Source: a virus (taxonomy: Duplodnaviria; Caudoviricetes). From it: a DNA stretch of 62,688 nt. Where the stretch lies: positions 1 through 62,688 of IMG/VR virus record IMGVR_UViG_3300043783_000058; one strand, 5' to 3'. Below, in pieces: positions 1 through 9,834 of the stretch; position 1 is the first letter of the stretch, and every line of letters begins with the position of its first letter. The translations under genes were made by a program, and so were the position numbers. The notes beneath the pieces were generated by a model. That model saw only the letters and a list, made by a program, of their open reading frames with translations. It made no database searches and was not told where the DNA came from.

Positions 1-127
1 CGCAGCTCATCCGCCAACAGGTGGCGCAGGCGATGTTCCCGGCGAACTACGCCCAGACGATGTCGAAGGCCGAGCTCGAACGCGCGCAGGCTGCCGAGTG
101 GCGCTTCCGTGCCAGTGGGCAAGGCGG
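1..127. repeat. Terminal direct repeat, copy 1 (circular assembly overlap)
   Basis: Bases 1-127 (cgcagctcat...caaggcgg) are identical to 62562-62688. The repeat lies inside a coding sequence and 127 is a common assembler k-mer length. Confidence 0.95.
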
Positions 128-722
128 CGGTAGCAAGATCACAGCGGGGAACGCACTGGCGTTCTCGAAGCAGGGCCAGACCGAATTCGACAACCAGGCC
201 CAGGGGCAGCTGCGGCCGGCGCCGACTCTGATGCCGGACCCGATGGGCGGTAAGAACAAAGACGGCACACCGGTGATGGTGGCGAACCCGCACGGTGGCA
301 CGCCACAGCGCGACCCAACAACCGTCTCTCCGATCTACCGTGGGCTCACCGCCTCGGAGCGGCAGCAGGGCGGCGCGCTCGCGCAGCAGATCGCTGCAGC
401 CAACATCGGCGACGGCATGACTCCCGGCACTGCCGCGGAGATAGCCGCGCGCGTGCAGGTTGCCTCGCGCAATCCGACTGCGAACCACAAGGGCGCGGAC
501 GGTAAGTTGTATCCAGATCTCGTCATGAGTCACGGCGAAGACGGACAGCCGCCGCACGTGTCAGTGTGGGATGGCCACCGCTACATGCAGGCGTGGACCT
601 CGCCGAACATTCTGCCGGAAGGTCCTGCTCCGGGTGGCGGTGGCATCGACACCAGTGGAGGCAACACTGGCGGCGGAGGCGGGGAACCGTCCGAGGCGCC
701 AGTCGAAGAACCACCCGCGTAA
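1..722 (+). CDS. 3' part of the 1077-aa internal virion/ejection protein that starts at 60050
   Basis: ORF 21..722 is in the same frame as the open frame running from ATG 60050 to the window end once the 127-bp overlap is collapsed. Confidence 0.85.
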   Translation, partial: QLIRQQVAQAMFPANYAQTMSKAELERAQAAEWRFRASGQGGGSKITAGNALAFSKQGQTEFDNQAQGQLRPAPTLMPDPMGGKNKDGTPVMVANPHGGTPQRDPTTVSPIYRGLTASERQQGGALAQQIAAANIGDGMTPGTAAEIAARVQVASRNPTANHKGADGKLYPDLVMSHGEDGQPPHVSVWDGHRYMQAWTSPNILPEGPAPGGGGIDTSGGNTGGGGGEPSEAPVEEPPA

Positions 723-732
723 GGAGTGAGCC

Positions 733-3700
733 ATGGCTGATCCAGTCCCCGGCACTCCTGACCTGACGCCGCCCGAGGGCGTCCCTCAAGGTATAGACAC
801 TGCCGCTCTCACCGCGAAGGGCCAAGCGCAATACGCTGCGACGCCGTCTGGCAACCGTGGCTCTGTGAGCATCAGCCAGCGCGGCGGCACCAAGTTCGGA
901 ACCTACCCTGGAGCTGGCACCCTTCCTCCCGCTCCCGCTGCTGAGCCAGAAGGCACGAAGGAGCAGCCGGCAGTTCAGCCAGTTGAAAAGCCCGCGTCCG
1001 TCCAACCGAAAGAGAACGACGACCTAGACCCGAGCGTGCACGGGTTCTTCAAGTGGGCATGGAACGGAGTGAAGGAGGGTGCTGAGAGCGCTGTACCTTC
1101 GCTCGTCGGTGGCGCGGCCGAGACCGCAAACGTGTTCCTCGGTATGCCCGCCGCCCGCGCAGCCGACGCTGTGATGGATGTCGTGCACGGCAAGATGCCG
1201 TCGAGCTCTGGCACGCATGCAGCCCAGGACTGGATGGGCGACTACTACAACAAGCAGTTGAAACCCGCCATCGACGCGTGGGAGCCCGAGGCTGGAAACC
1301 CCATCGCCCAGGGTACCCAGGGTGGCACGATGCTAGCGCTCACCAAGATCCCGGGTGTTGGGACGGCCGCCGGCGCCGCGATGGCTGCCGGTACGTTCAC
1401 ACGCTCGATGACGAACGCGATGGACGAGGGACAGACCGCGACCCAGGCCGTGGGCGGAGCGACCGTGGACACTCTCGCCATGCTGGCGATCATGAAGTTC
1501 GTCGGCAAGGAGGGTGTTGGTCTCGACAAGATCCCGTACGCGTGGGTGCGACGTGTCATCGCCGCCGTTCCTATCGCAGACATCATCGGACTCGGACAGG
1601 ACCTCGCGAAGAAAGAGATCCTCGAACACACCGGCAACCACGCCGCAGCCGAGAAGATCGACGTGACTGAGAAGCTGACCGATGTGGGCAGCATCATTCA
1701 GAACGAGATCTTCGCGATCCTCGGCGGCGCCCAACATGGTCAGCAGGGCGAGCACCAGACTGGACCGAAGCCGCCCGACCCCGCGCCCGTGAAGCCGGCC
1801 GCCGGCGCACCGCCGACACCGCCGACCCCAGAGGGTAAGGAGCCGCCTCCCCCGCCGCCGGCACCAAAAGCTATCGAAGGCACAGCACCAAAAGCTAGCG
1901 AAGCTACGGCGGTGCCCGCTGTCCCCGACCACCCCACGGGTGAGCCGGCGAAGCAGATCCGCGCGCAGCTGACCGACATGAACCGGTCAGCAACGCCGCG
2001 CAATGGAGTCCTGATCACCCCCGACACGTGGGCACACCTCGGCGAGCTGGGTGAGGACCACCCGCACGCCGGCCCGGTGCTGAACCAGATCGAGCAGGCG
2101 CGTAAGCAGGGTCGCGTGGTTGAGACCCCCGTCGGCGATCTGGTCACGAAGACGAAGGCTATCGCAGCCAGCGCGAAGGCCGAACTCACCGCCGGCGTGG
2201 ACCCACAGGAGGTCATTGGCCGTGTCACCCTGGGCACGGACGGACCAAAGCGCCCAGACCAGACCCAGGTAGTCCAATCACTGGAGCCACATGACGGAGC
2301 TGTAACCTCCGAGCGCGCGGTCAGCCCCGCGGAGCGCGACCCCGCCATGCAGGAGGCCATGGACTCAGGGAAAGTGCCCCGAGTGTCCACGCCGGAAGCG
2401 GTGCTGCATGACCGGCAGGAAGCCATGGCCAAGGAATTACCGGCCCCCGGTGCCGATACCGCCCGACCCGAGAACGCCGCTCCTGCGCCCTCTGGCGAAC
2501 CAGATTCTGTTAAACCGGGCATGTTCAAGACGGCATCGGGTAAGGAAGTACCCGTACACGTGCTCCCGGACGGTCGTATCCAGCCGCTGGATGACAACGG
2601 CGAACCCGCTGGGACCCCAGTTACTCCGCCGGCAGGCAGCGTGCGCATCGGCCCCAAGGAGCCGCTTGCCCCCGTGGAGGCCGCGCCGGTGGAGGACCTC
2701 AAAGGCAAGAGCGCCATGGAGCAGCTGCCGGCTGTGGTCAGTGCGCACGAGAAGATGGAGGCGGTGCCAGAGGGCAAGAAGAAATCTGCCTCGTTGAAGG
2801 AGCGACAGGATAACGCGAGCGCGGTGGCAGAGGCTCTCCAGAAAGCCGCGGTCGAGGCGAAGGAGAAGGGAACGGCCAGCGAAGCGGCCATCGAGCGCGC
2901 GAACGAAGCAGCCAGGGCAGCTAAGGGGCTGACCAACATCTCGAAAGAGAACACGGAGAAGGGCCGCGGGACCGGCCATGTGCAGGTGACTGCCAAGGTT
3001 GCTGAGATGCACAAGGCCGCGCGCGGTCTGCTGGGCGAAGCCCGCGAAGGCGACGAGGTCAAAGAGACCCCGAAGCAGGCAGTCACGAAGAAGCAGATCC
3101 TCAAGCGCGCCGTGAAGGCCGTGGCCAACGCCGAGGGCGCAGTCAAAGAAGTCGTGAAGGAAGCGATCAAGGGCGGCACCGAGGCCATCGCCAAGAAGCG
3201 CGAGGAGAAAAAGCCGGTCAAGGAGCCCACCGCTACGCGTCAGGAGTACGCGCGTATGCAGGCGCTCAAGGACAAGTTGATGGCCGCGCGCACGCCAGAC
3301 ACCGCTCGTGCCGCGCGCGATGAGCTTGAGACCCACCTGAACGCCGTGGTGGATCGTCTCGGCCAGCCGCGCGACATGGTGATGGAGTTCCTCAAGAGCG
3401 CCGACGAGGAGCGCAAGGAGTCCAGGGGTCGGAAGATGTCCGACACCATCGAGGATGAGGAGCAGCAGTTCGACCGACCGGACGAGGGCTTCGACACTGT
3501 GTATCGGCCGCACCAGGCGGGCGACAAAGCTGGGAAGCTGCTTTGGAACAAGGGCACGACGAAGATGCGTGCCGACTTCAAGACCCTGGGCGACGAGCTG
3601 GACAAGCGGGGATTCTTCCAGAAGATGCGCGAGCTGGAGGACACCGGGCGCGCGTCGAGCGCGCGGCGCGTGTTGGAGGAAGTGCTGAAGCACGCGAAGG

Positions 3701-6700
3701 ACGCTGGCATAGAGTCAGGCGTTACCCAACACATCCAACATATCCTGATGCGGCTGCCGGACGTACCGCTGTACAGCCGCAGCACCATCATCCGGCCACC
3801 CACTGGCGCCGCGTTCAGCGAGGCGACTGTTGGATTGTTCCATGCGTCGGCGGATCACCCGAACCTCCAGGTCAACTTCCGCGATATGCCGGGCAAGCGC
3901 ACCACCGCTGGCATCCTGCACACGCTGATGCACGAGTCAGAGCACGCGGCGACTATGTTGGAGCTGCACTACAACCCGAAGGGCGAGCTAGCCACAGCGG
4001 CCGAGCACGCGCGCCAGATTCTGGAGCGGCGCCTGCGGGACCTGTACGGCAACAAGATGATCGACGAGCACCTGGCCTACTGGAGAGTGGCCGACGCTGG
4101 CAAGCCCGAGGAGTACCACGGTGAGTTCTACGGTCTGCAAGATTCGAAGGAGATGATGGCCGAGTTGGTGAATCCGCACTTCGTGGAGCGGATCATCGAG
4201 TCGGAGATGGTTCGCCAGAAGGGCGAGAACCTCCCCTCTCAGCGTGGCCTGCCGACGCTGCTGCACTTCATCTATGGCAAGCTCGCTAAGTTCTTCGGGT
4301 ACCCCGAGAAGGAAGGCCCCGGCCTGATGCTGCACATGCTCGATCTGCAACGCGACATCAGCAAGGCGCAGCGCGAACACTTCAGCCAGTTCTACGGCGA
4401 GGGTGCGTTCGAACGGCAGGTGACGAGCTTCCCGCCGGACTACACCGCGAACCTGGCGAAAGCTGCTGAGCTCGATCCGTTCCACGAGCTGAAGCGACCA
4501 GCCCCCATGATCAAGGCGGAGGACGCGAGCGCGCACATCGTGGGTGACGAGGCGGTAGCAACCGCTCGCGACACCGCGCACGCTATAGCCAGTGGCAGCA
4601 TAGACAAGGCGCGTCGTAGCGGCACCGCGCTTGAGACCGTCGGGCAGATCTTCCGTGGTCGTAGCAAATACTTCGGGAACTCGGACGACCCGACGAACCC
4701 GATGAACGAGCTGCGTGACGCGCACACCGAGAAGGAGAAGGGGATCATGGCGGGCAAGCGCATCTCCAACCCGGTCGCGCGCCTGTGGCAGAAGCTGAAC
4801 AACGAGAGTAACCGCCGCGTCGGCCAGCTGATGATCGACGCCAGCCTGTACAAGATCAGCCTGCGTCGCCCGCTCAGCGAGGACGATCTGGCAAAGAAGC
4901 CGGATGCGTTTAAGAAGCAGGTTGCGGAACTCACTCGCCGGTACGAAGCACTCACCGACAAGGAGCGAGCGGTGTACGACGGCGCAGCGGACGCGAACAA
5001 GGAGCTGCGCGCCGTCGAGCGCCGCACTGCTATCGACTCCGCCATCGAAGGGTTCGACCTCAAGGTGACTGACGCTGAGCGGGCGCAGCTCTACGCCGCC
5101 AAGGATGAGGGCGCATACGACAAGCTCGTCGGTAAGGGCCAGCTCCTGGACTTCGGCGAGCAGAACGACAAGCTCAAGGCGGCCCTCAAGGCGTGGGTGG
5201 GTGGCCGCGATCTCGAAGGGGACTACTTCCACCTCGGGCGCCAGGGCAACTACGTGGTGCAGGCGAAGCCGGAGGGGTCGAAGGAGTTCGCCAATGAGGC
5301 CGAGGCTAACAAGTGGGCGGACTCAGCCCGCGGCATGTCGCCGAACTCGAAGGCCGACGTGGAGTTCCGTGGCGGCAAGTGGGTGGTGGACTACAAAGTC
5401 GACCATGTGTCCATGCACAAGACCCGCAAGGAGGCAGAGAAGATGCAGGCGCAGCTGGAGCGCGGCGGCTTCGAGCCGGGGTCCGTGACCGAGAAGAATT
5501 TCGACGCGAACAACGCCCCGCTCAGCCATGGTATGACCGAGCTGATGGCAGAGGCGACTCGCAAACTGAATAGGGGAGGCAACCCTGCTGACGTGAAGCC
5601 GCTGGTGGACTCGCTCCACAGCGCCTTCCTCCAGATGCAGGCGCAGCGGTCGGAGTACGCCGGCTCGCGCCTGATGCGAAAGGGCGTGGGCGGCGTGAAG
5701 GCGAGCGAGATGCGCCAGAATTTCGCCGAGCACGCGACGGCGACCACCTGGCACACCTCGCAGCTGCGGACGATCTTCAAGCAGGCCGCCGCCCTGGCGC
5801 GGCTGCGCGGCATGGCCCGCGACAGCGACGTGCCGCAGTCTCTGGCTTACAAGCGCGGCGAGACAGTGACTGCGCTGGCGAACCACAGCGCAGTGGACGT
5901 GAACACGTTCGGCAAGTTCGGCGGGTTCAACCGCGCCACCGCGCGCCTGGGGTTCCTCTCGTACCTGGCTAGCCCGATGCACGCCGCGATCTGGATGACA
6001 CAAAACGCTTACGGGATCTCGACCGCTGGTGCAAAGTACGGCTACGGTCGCGCGACAGGGGCGTTCGGCCGGGGGATGGGGGCGACGTTCAGCCCAGCGA
6101 TGCGGTCCGCGATGCGGGCGGCGTTCAAGGGTGGCAACGCAGACGACATTACCGCAGCTATCATCAAAGCGATTGGCGAGCATCCCACTATGGGCAAGTG
6201 GGCGCCCGCCATCAAGGAGCTGCACGACCGTGGCGTGATCCAGCATGGCTACGCGAATGAACTGGGCGACTTGGCGGTCGGAGGGAACAACAAAGTCTCT
6301 CGTGTATTTGAATGGGCGCGGCTGCTGCCCTCTATGGCTGATGCCTTCAATCGCACCAGCACTGCTCTCGCTGGTCTCGAACTTACAGGCGGTGATCTAC
6401 GCAAGACCACCGACCTGATCGAGCAGATCCACGCGGACTACTCGCAGGAGAACAAGCCGCTCGCGTTCAAGTACGCCGGCCGCATCCCAGGCGGTAACAG
6501 CCTGATCATGATGAAGACCTACGTGCAGTCGATGGCTCACCTGATGTACAGCAACCTGGCTGCGACGGTGACGGGAGAGACGCGGGCCGCGAAGTGGGAG
6601 GCCGCTAAAACGGTTGGCGGGATGATGGTGGTGAGCACGCTGTTCGCAGGAGTGTACGGTGCTGTTGGGCTGGAGCCTGCGCGGCTGATCGCGTACGCCT

Positions 6701-7431
6701 ACCACAAGCTGTTCGACGAGGAGGGTGAGGTATGGGATATGAAGAATGCGATCCACCACTGGCTGGTGGACACGCTTGGCGCGGGTGTTGGGAACGCCCT
6801 GGCCCGCGGCCCAGTCGCGAGCGCACTGGGAATCGACGTGCAAGACCGTATGGGGTTGGCCAACCTGTTCTTCTTCAACCCGCCCGACCTGATGACCACG
6901 GACAAGTCGGTGTGGGGAACGTTCTTCATGGACGAACTTGGACCGCTGTTCCAGATGCTGGTCGACGGCGCAACCGAGGCAACCGGCCACATTCAAAACG
7001 GTGAGTACGCACAGGCCATGGCGTCGATACTGCCGATCAAGGTCGTGAAGGATGGATTAAAAGCTCTCCAGTTGGGCACAACTGGCAAGACTAATATCCG
7101 TGGTGCCGTGCAGACGGAGCCGTCGGCGTTGGATGCGGCGAAGCAGGCGTTCGGGGTGAAGCCGGTTAGCGTAGCAGAGGCTCAAGAGAAGTCTGGGGTC
7201 ATATCCGAGTACAGCAAGGCCGAGGGAATCGCTCGTACCAACATCATACGAGCTCTGGCTGGTCAGAAGGACGGGGCGATGGATCGGCGAAACTCATTCA
7301 ACCAACGCTTCCCCAACAAGAAGATCACGTCGGCGGATGTGGAGTCGTATAGGAAGGGGACGTTGAGGCAGGAGCAGGGGATTACAAAGGACCGGCGAGC
7401 AGCCGAGGCCGCTGACTTCTCAGGGCGTTAG
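733..7431 (+). CDS. Giant internal virion/ejection protein (2232 aa), polyvalent-protein type, with zincin-like HExxH motif and PLxRFG-like segment
   Basis: Preceded by AAGGAG RBS; last gene of the late arm; LMHESEHAA motif; YFHLGRQGNYVV resembles the PLxRFG motif; helical, partly hydrophobic C-terminal region like podophage DNA-transfer proteins. Confidence 0.75.
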   Translation: MADPVPGTPDLTPPEGVPQGIDTAALTAKGQAQYAATPSGNRGSVSISQRGGTKFGTYPGAGTLPPAPAAEPEGTKEQPAVQPVEKPASVQPKENDDLDPSVHGFFKWAWNGVKEGAESAVPSLVGGAAETANVFLGMPAARAADAVMDVVHGKMPSSSGTHAAQDWMGDYYNKQLKPAIDAWEPEAGNPIAQGTQGGTMLALTKIPGVGTAAGAAMAAGTFTRSMTNAMDEGQTATQAVGGATVDTLAMLAIMKFVGKEGVGLDKIPYAWVRRVIAAVPIADIIGLGQDLAKKEILEHTGNHAAAEKIDVTEKLTDVGSIIQNEIFAILGGAQHGQQGEHQTGPKPPDPAPVKPAAGAPPTPPTPEGKEPPPPPPAPKAIEGTAPKASEATAVPAVPDHPTGEPAKQIRAQLTDMNRSATPRNGVLITPDTWAHLGELGEDHPHAGPVLNQIEQARKQGRVVETPVGDLVTKTKAIAASAKAELTAGVDPQEVIGRVTLGTDGPKRPDQTQVVQSLEPHDGAVTSERAVSPAERDPAMQEAMDSGKVPRVSTPEAVLHDRQEAMAKELPAPGADTARPENAAPAPSGEPDSVKPGMFKTASGKEVPVHVLPDGRIQPLDDNGEPAGTPVTPPAGSVRIGPKEPLAPVEAAPVEDLKGKSAMEQLPAVVSAHEKMEAVPEGKKKSASLKERQDNASAVAEALQKAAVEAKEKGTASEAAIERANEAARAAKGLTNISKENTEKGRGTGHVQVTAKVAEMHKAARGLLGEAREGDEVKETPKQAVTKKQILKRAVKAVANAEGAVKEVVKEAIKGGTEAIAKKREEKKPVKEPTATRQEYARMQALKDKLMAARTPDTARAARDELETHLNAVVDRLGQPRDMVMEFLKSADEERKESRGRKMSDTIEDEEQQFDRPDEGFDTVYRPHQAGDKAGKLLWNKGTTKMRADFKTLGDELDKRGFFQKMRELEDTGRASSARRVLEEVLKHAKDAGIESGVTQHIQHILMRLPDVPLYSRSTIIRPPTGAAFSEATVGLFHASADHPNLQVNFRDMPGKRTTAGILHTLMHESEHAATMLELHYNPKGELATAAEHARQILERRLRDLYGNKMIDEHLAYWRVADAGKPEEYHGEFYGLQDSKEMMAELVNPHFVERIIESEMVRQKGENLPSQRGLPTLLHFIYGKLAKFFGYPEKEGPGLMLHMLDLQRDISKAQREHFSQFYGEGAFERQVTSFPPDYTANLAKAAELDPFHELKRPAPMIKAEDASAHIVGDEAVATARDTAHAIASGSIDKARRSGTALETVGQIFRGRSKYFGNSDDPTNPMNELRDAHTEKEKGIMAGKRISNPVARLWQKLNNESNRRVGQLMIDASLYKISLRRPLSEDDLAKKPDAFKKQVAELTRRYEALTDKERAVYDGAADANKELRAVERRTAIDSAIEGFDLKVTDAERAQLYAAKDEGAYDKLVGKGQLLDFGEQNDKLKAALKAWVGGRDLEGDYFHLGRQGNYVVQAKPEGSKEFANEAEANKWADSARGMSPNSKADVEFRGGKWVVDYKVDHVSMHKTRKEAEKMQAQLERGGFEPGSVTEKNFDANNAPLSHGMTELMAEATRKLNRGGNPADVKPLVDSLHSAFLQMQAQRSEYAGSRLMRKGVGGVKASEMRQNFAEHATATTWHTSQLRTIFKQAAALARLRGMARDSDVPQSLAYKRGETVTALANHSAVDVNTFGKFGGFNRATARLGFLSYLASPMHAAIWMTQNAYGISTAGAKYGYGRATGAFGRGMGATFSPAMRSAMRAAFKGGNADDITAAIIKAIGEHPTMGKWAPAIKELHDRGVIQHGYANELGDLAVGGNNKVSRVFEWARLLPSMADAFNRTSTALAGLELTGGDLRKTTDLIEQIHADYSQENKPLAFKYAGRIPGGNSLIMMKTYVQSMAHLMYSNLAATVTGETRAAKWEAAKTVGGMMVVSTLFAGVYGAVGLEPARLIAYAYHKLFDEEGEVWDMKNAIHHWLVDTLGAGVGNALARGPVASALGIDVQDRMGLANLFFFNPPDLMTTDKSVWGTFFMDELGPLFQMLVDGATEATGHIQNGEYAQAMASILPIKVVKDGLKALQLGTTGKTNIRGAVQTEPSALDAAKQAFGVKPVSVAEAQEKSGVISEYSKAEGIARTNIIRALAGQKDGAMDRRNSFNQRFPNKKITSADVESYRKGTLRQEQGITKDRRAAEAADFSGR

Positions 7432-9831
7432 TTCTTTCTTGATCTCGGCTTTGTCGAGGTCAGGGTTCATCCATTTTTGTTTGTTGCGCCAGCAGATCGG
7501 GCGCGGGGACTTGGCACCCACGCGGATCTGATGCATCTGCACGGCTTCAGGTAACGCACGCCGGAGGAAGCCGCGGATTTCTTCGGAGGCATAGGTCTTG
7601 CCGGTCTCGGAGTGCAGGTACTGTTTCACCATGTCGGCGGTCACAAGGTCGCGGTCGAACGGCGGCTCGCCATACTGGCAGGCGTCGTTGATGATGCGCA
7701 CTTCCTTGGTCTGGCTCTTGCTGACCATGCGGATCTTGGCAGCGGTCAGCGGTGGCGGCGCTGCGGGGTTGAACCCGTTCAGGTTCACCTGCGCGAAGTA
7801 CCACCGCAGCACGCCCGCCGCCCGCGCGGAGTTCAGCCACTTGTACAGGCCGGCGAAGTACGCATCCTTCTGCGCCTTCGAAGTCCACACTCGGATCGGC
7901 GCGTGGGCATACACACCCCAGCGTCGCTCGCCTTCGCTCGGCAACGACATCGCGTCCTCGTAGTTGCTGGTCGCGCTTATCCACAGGCGGTTACGTATAT
8001 TGAAGGGGGACATGAACTTAGGGTGGACTTCGACAGTCGATCCAGCCACGAGAGACTTGAGCGCGTTAGCAGTGTCGTCGGAGTCCCACCGCCCGTTGAT
8101 GTGGATCTCGTCAAAATGCAGAAACTTCTTTCCGTTAATATAACTTGAGTAGGCTCCTCGAAGCGTCTTATTACCAACCATTTGTGTGTTGGATTCGCCG
8201 ACAAGGCGGCGAGGTATTTCGTACGCAAGCGTCGTTTTGCCCGTGCCGAATTCCGGCGAGATGATGAGCGGCGCCGAGTCAATTTTCACCTCCGGGTGCA
8301 GGACCAGGTGCGCGAACACCTGCTTCAGATAGTCGCTGAACGCCTGGTCTTCGTGGGTCGGGAACATGTATTTCCAGAAGTCGTCCAGTAGCGCGGATTC
8401 AGTTGCGGTGGCAGGTAGAAGATCCTCCGGCGGCGTGTACTGGTTGACGTAAGCCTTCCCTCCCTCGTCGTAGAGGGAACCAGCTGCAGGGTGAAAGCCG
8501 AGTGCCTGGACAGAATGACGGACACCGAATCGACGCATAACCTTACTGGCCTCAACCGGGACACCGTTGGAGCTGACAGGCATGTAACGTGTAAGCAAGT
8601 CATCTATCACCCTCGTGGTGAGCGCTTGGCGGGTGGTCATCGAGTAGTAGATCCCTTCCTGCTCCGTCACCAACACGAACTCGTTGGCCAGGAATTGCAC
8701 CGCGGTGTCGCGGTCGAAGCGGACCTTGCCCAGCTGGTTCACTGTGTGCTGGGCGGCGATCATCAGCGGGTCAGCTGTAACTCCACGCTCCACCCGGGGC
8801 TCGTCGTCACCCACACTCGGAGCAGTCTCCACCTGTTCTGACAGGCTAGCTGGCGCAACAGGTTCTGGAGTCCCGGGGGGCACGTACCCCGCGTCCAGAG
8901 CGAACTTGACAAGGGTCCCGACAGTGATCCCACCGCCAGGAGAGAAGGAATCCCATTCACGTCGAACGACGCCTGGACTCGAATACCCGGGTTGGGTTTG
9001 ACACCACTCGTGGAAGATCTCCCAGCTCTCCTCGGACTTTTTGCCCCAGTCCTGACACGCGCAGAGGACGGTGATCCAGTCGTCTCGGTTGTTGATCGGG
9101 GGAAGATGCACAGATCCCAGCATTGCTCGTACATCATCGGCTTTGAGATCCTTGTACTGTGGCTTGGTGTAGAGGTCGTCGTTCTTCGCGAGCGCCGCGA
9201 GCTTCGCCTTCGCGCCTGCCAGCGCCGCTACGCCTAGCTGCGCTGAGATGCGCTCAAGCGGATAGGTGCGGCCGTTGTCTTCGATGATGTGGCACGGCAG
9301 CGGCGTCGCGCCTTTACGGTTAAGTGTGCCGGGTGCACGAAGCACCCGAGCGAGATCGGCGGTGGCGCTGGGATCGGCAGGGAACTCTAGCTCCTTGCAC
9401 TTCGCCTTCAACGCCTCAGCTACCGGCTTCCATTCAGCGGCCGGCACGTCGCGGTCGAGACACCAGTAGCAGTGAACTCCGCGCCCTGAGTGAACGTAAA
9501 TACTAGGGGGAGGCAATCCCGTCGTCTTAACGAACGTGGTCAGGGCGCGGAGTGCATTCGGTATAGAGCCCTCGAAGTCCTTGCCGTCGAGGTCGAGGAA
9601 GATAGCGCGCTTCGCAATCGGGTCCGCGCGGTTGTCACCCGCGTAGGACCCCATCGCGAAGAACACATTCAGGGGCCGAGTGCTCAGCTCCTGAATCTGC
9701 TTCTCAAGCGCCTCGTGCGAGACGAGCCCGTTGTAATGCCGTTGTTCTGCGAGCTTCCCGTCTGGTCCGGTGATGCCTGTGAACAGCGTGTATGGGCCGC
9801 TCGCCGGGAGAACCCTGGCGAAGAAGCTCAT
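7420..9831 (-). CDS. Primase-helicase (AEP/RepB-like primase + PriCT-2 + P-loop helicase)
   Basis: FLDLD, SGRGVHCYW and DLARVLRAPGTLN primase motifs; RDDWITV..EIFHEW..WDSF..ITVGTL PriCT-2 pattern; Walker A FGTGKT and Walker B HFDE. Confidence 0.88.
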   Translation of the reverse strand: MSFFARVLPASGPYTLFTGITGPDGKLAEQRHYNGLVSHEALEKQIQELSTRPLNVFFAMGSYAGDNRADPIAKRAIFLDLDGKDFEGSIPNALRALTTFVKTTGLPPPSIYVHSGRGVHCYWCLDRDVPAAEWKPVAEALKAKCKELEFPADPSATADLARVLRAPGTLNRKGATPLPCHIIEDNGRTYPLERISAQLGVAALAGAKAKLAALAKNDDLYTKPQYKDLKADDVRAMLGSVHLPPINNRDDWITVLCACQDWGKKSEESWEIFHEWCQTQPGYSSPGVVRREWDSFSPGGGITVGTLVKFALDAGYVPPGTPEPVAPASLSEQVETAPSVGDDEPRVERGVTADPLMIAAQHTVNQLGKVRFDRDTAVQFLANEFVLVTEQEGIYYSMTTRQALTTRVIDDLLTRYMPVSSNGVPVEASKVMRRFGVRHSVQALGFHPAAGSLYDEGGKAYVNQYTPPEDLLPATATESALLDDFWKYMFPTHEDQAFSDYLKQVFAHLVLHPEVKIDSAPLIISPEFGTGKTTLAYEIPRRLVGESNTQMVGNKTLRGAYSSYINGKKFLHFDEIHINGRWDSDDTANALKSLVAGSTVEVHPKFMSPFNIRNRLWISATSNYEDAMSLPSEGERRWGVYAHAPIRVWTSKAQKDAYFAGLYKWLNSARAAGVLRWYFAQVNLNGFNPAAPPPLTAAKIRMVSKSQTKEVRIINDACQYGEPPFDRDLVTADMVKQYLHSETGKTYASEEIRGFLRRALPEAVQMHQIRVGAKSPRPICWRNKQKWMNPDLDKAEIKKELTP

Positions 9832-9834
9832 GCG

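Noticed and set aside
1-127. 127-bp end repeat as a biological terminal repeat
   Set aside because: It falls mid-gene and matches a common assembler k-mer length; it is best explained as circular overlap.
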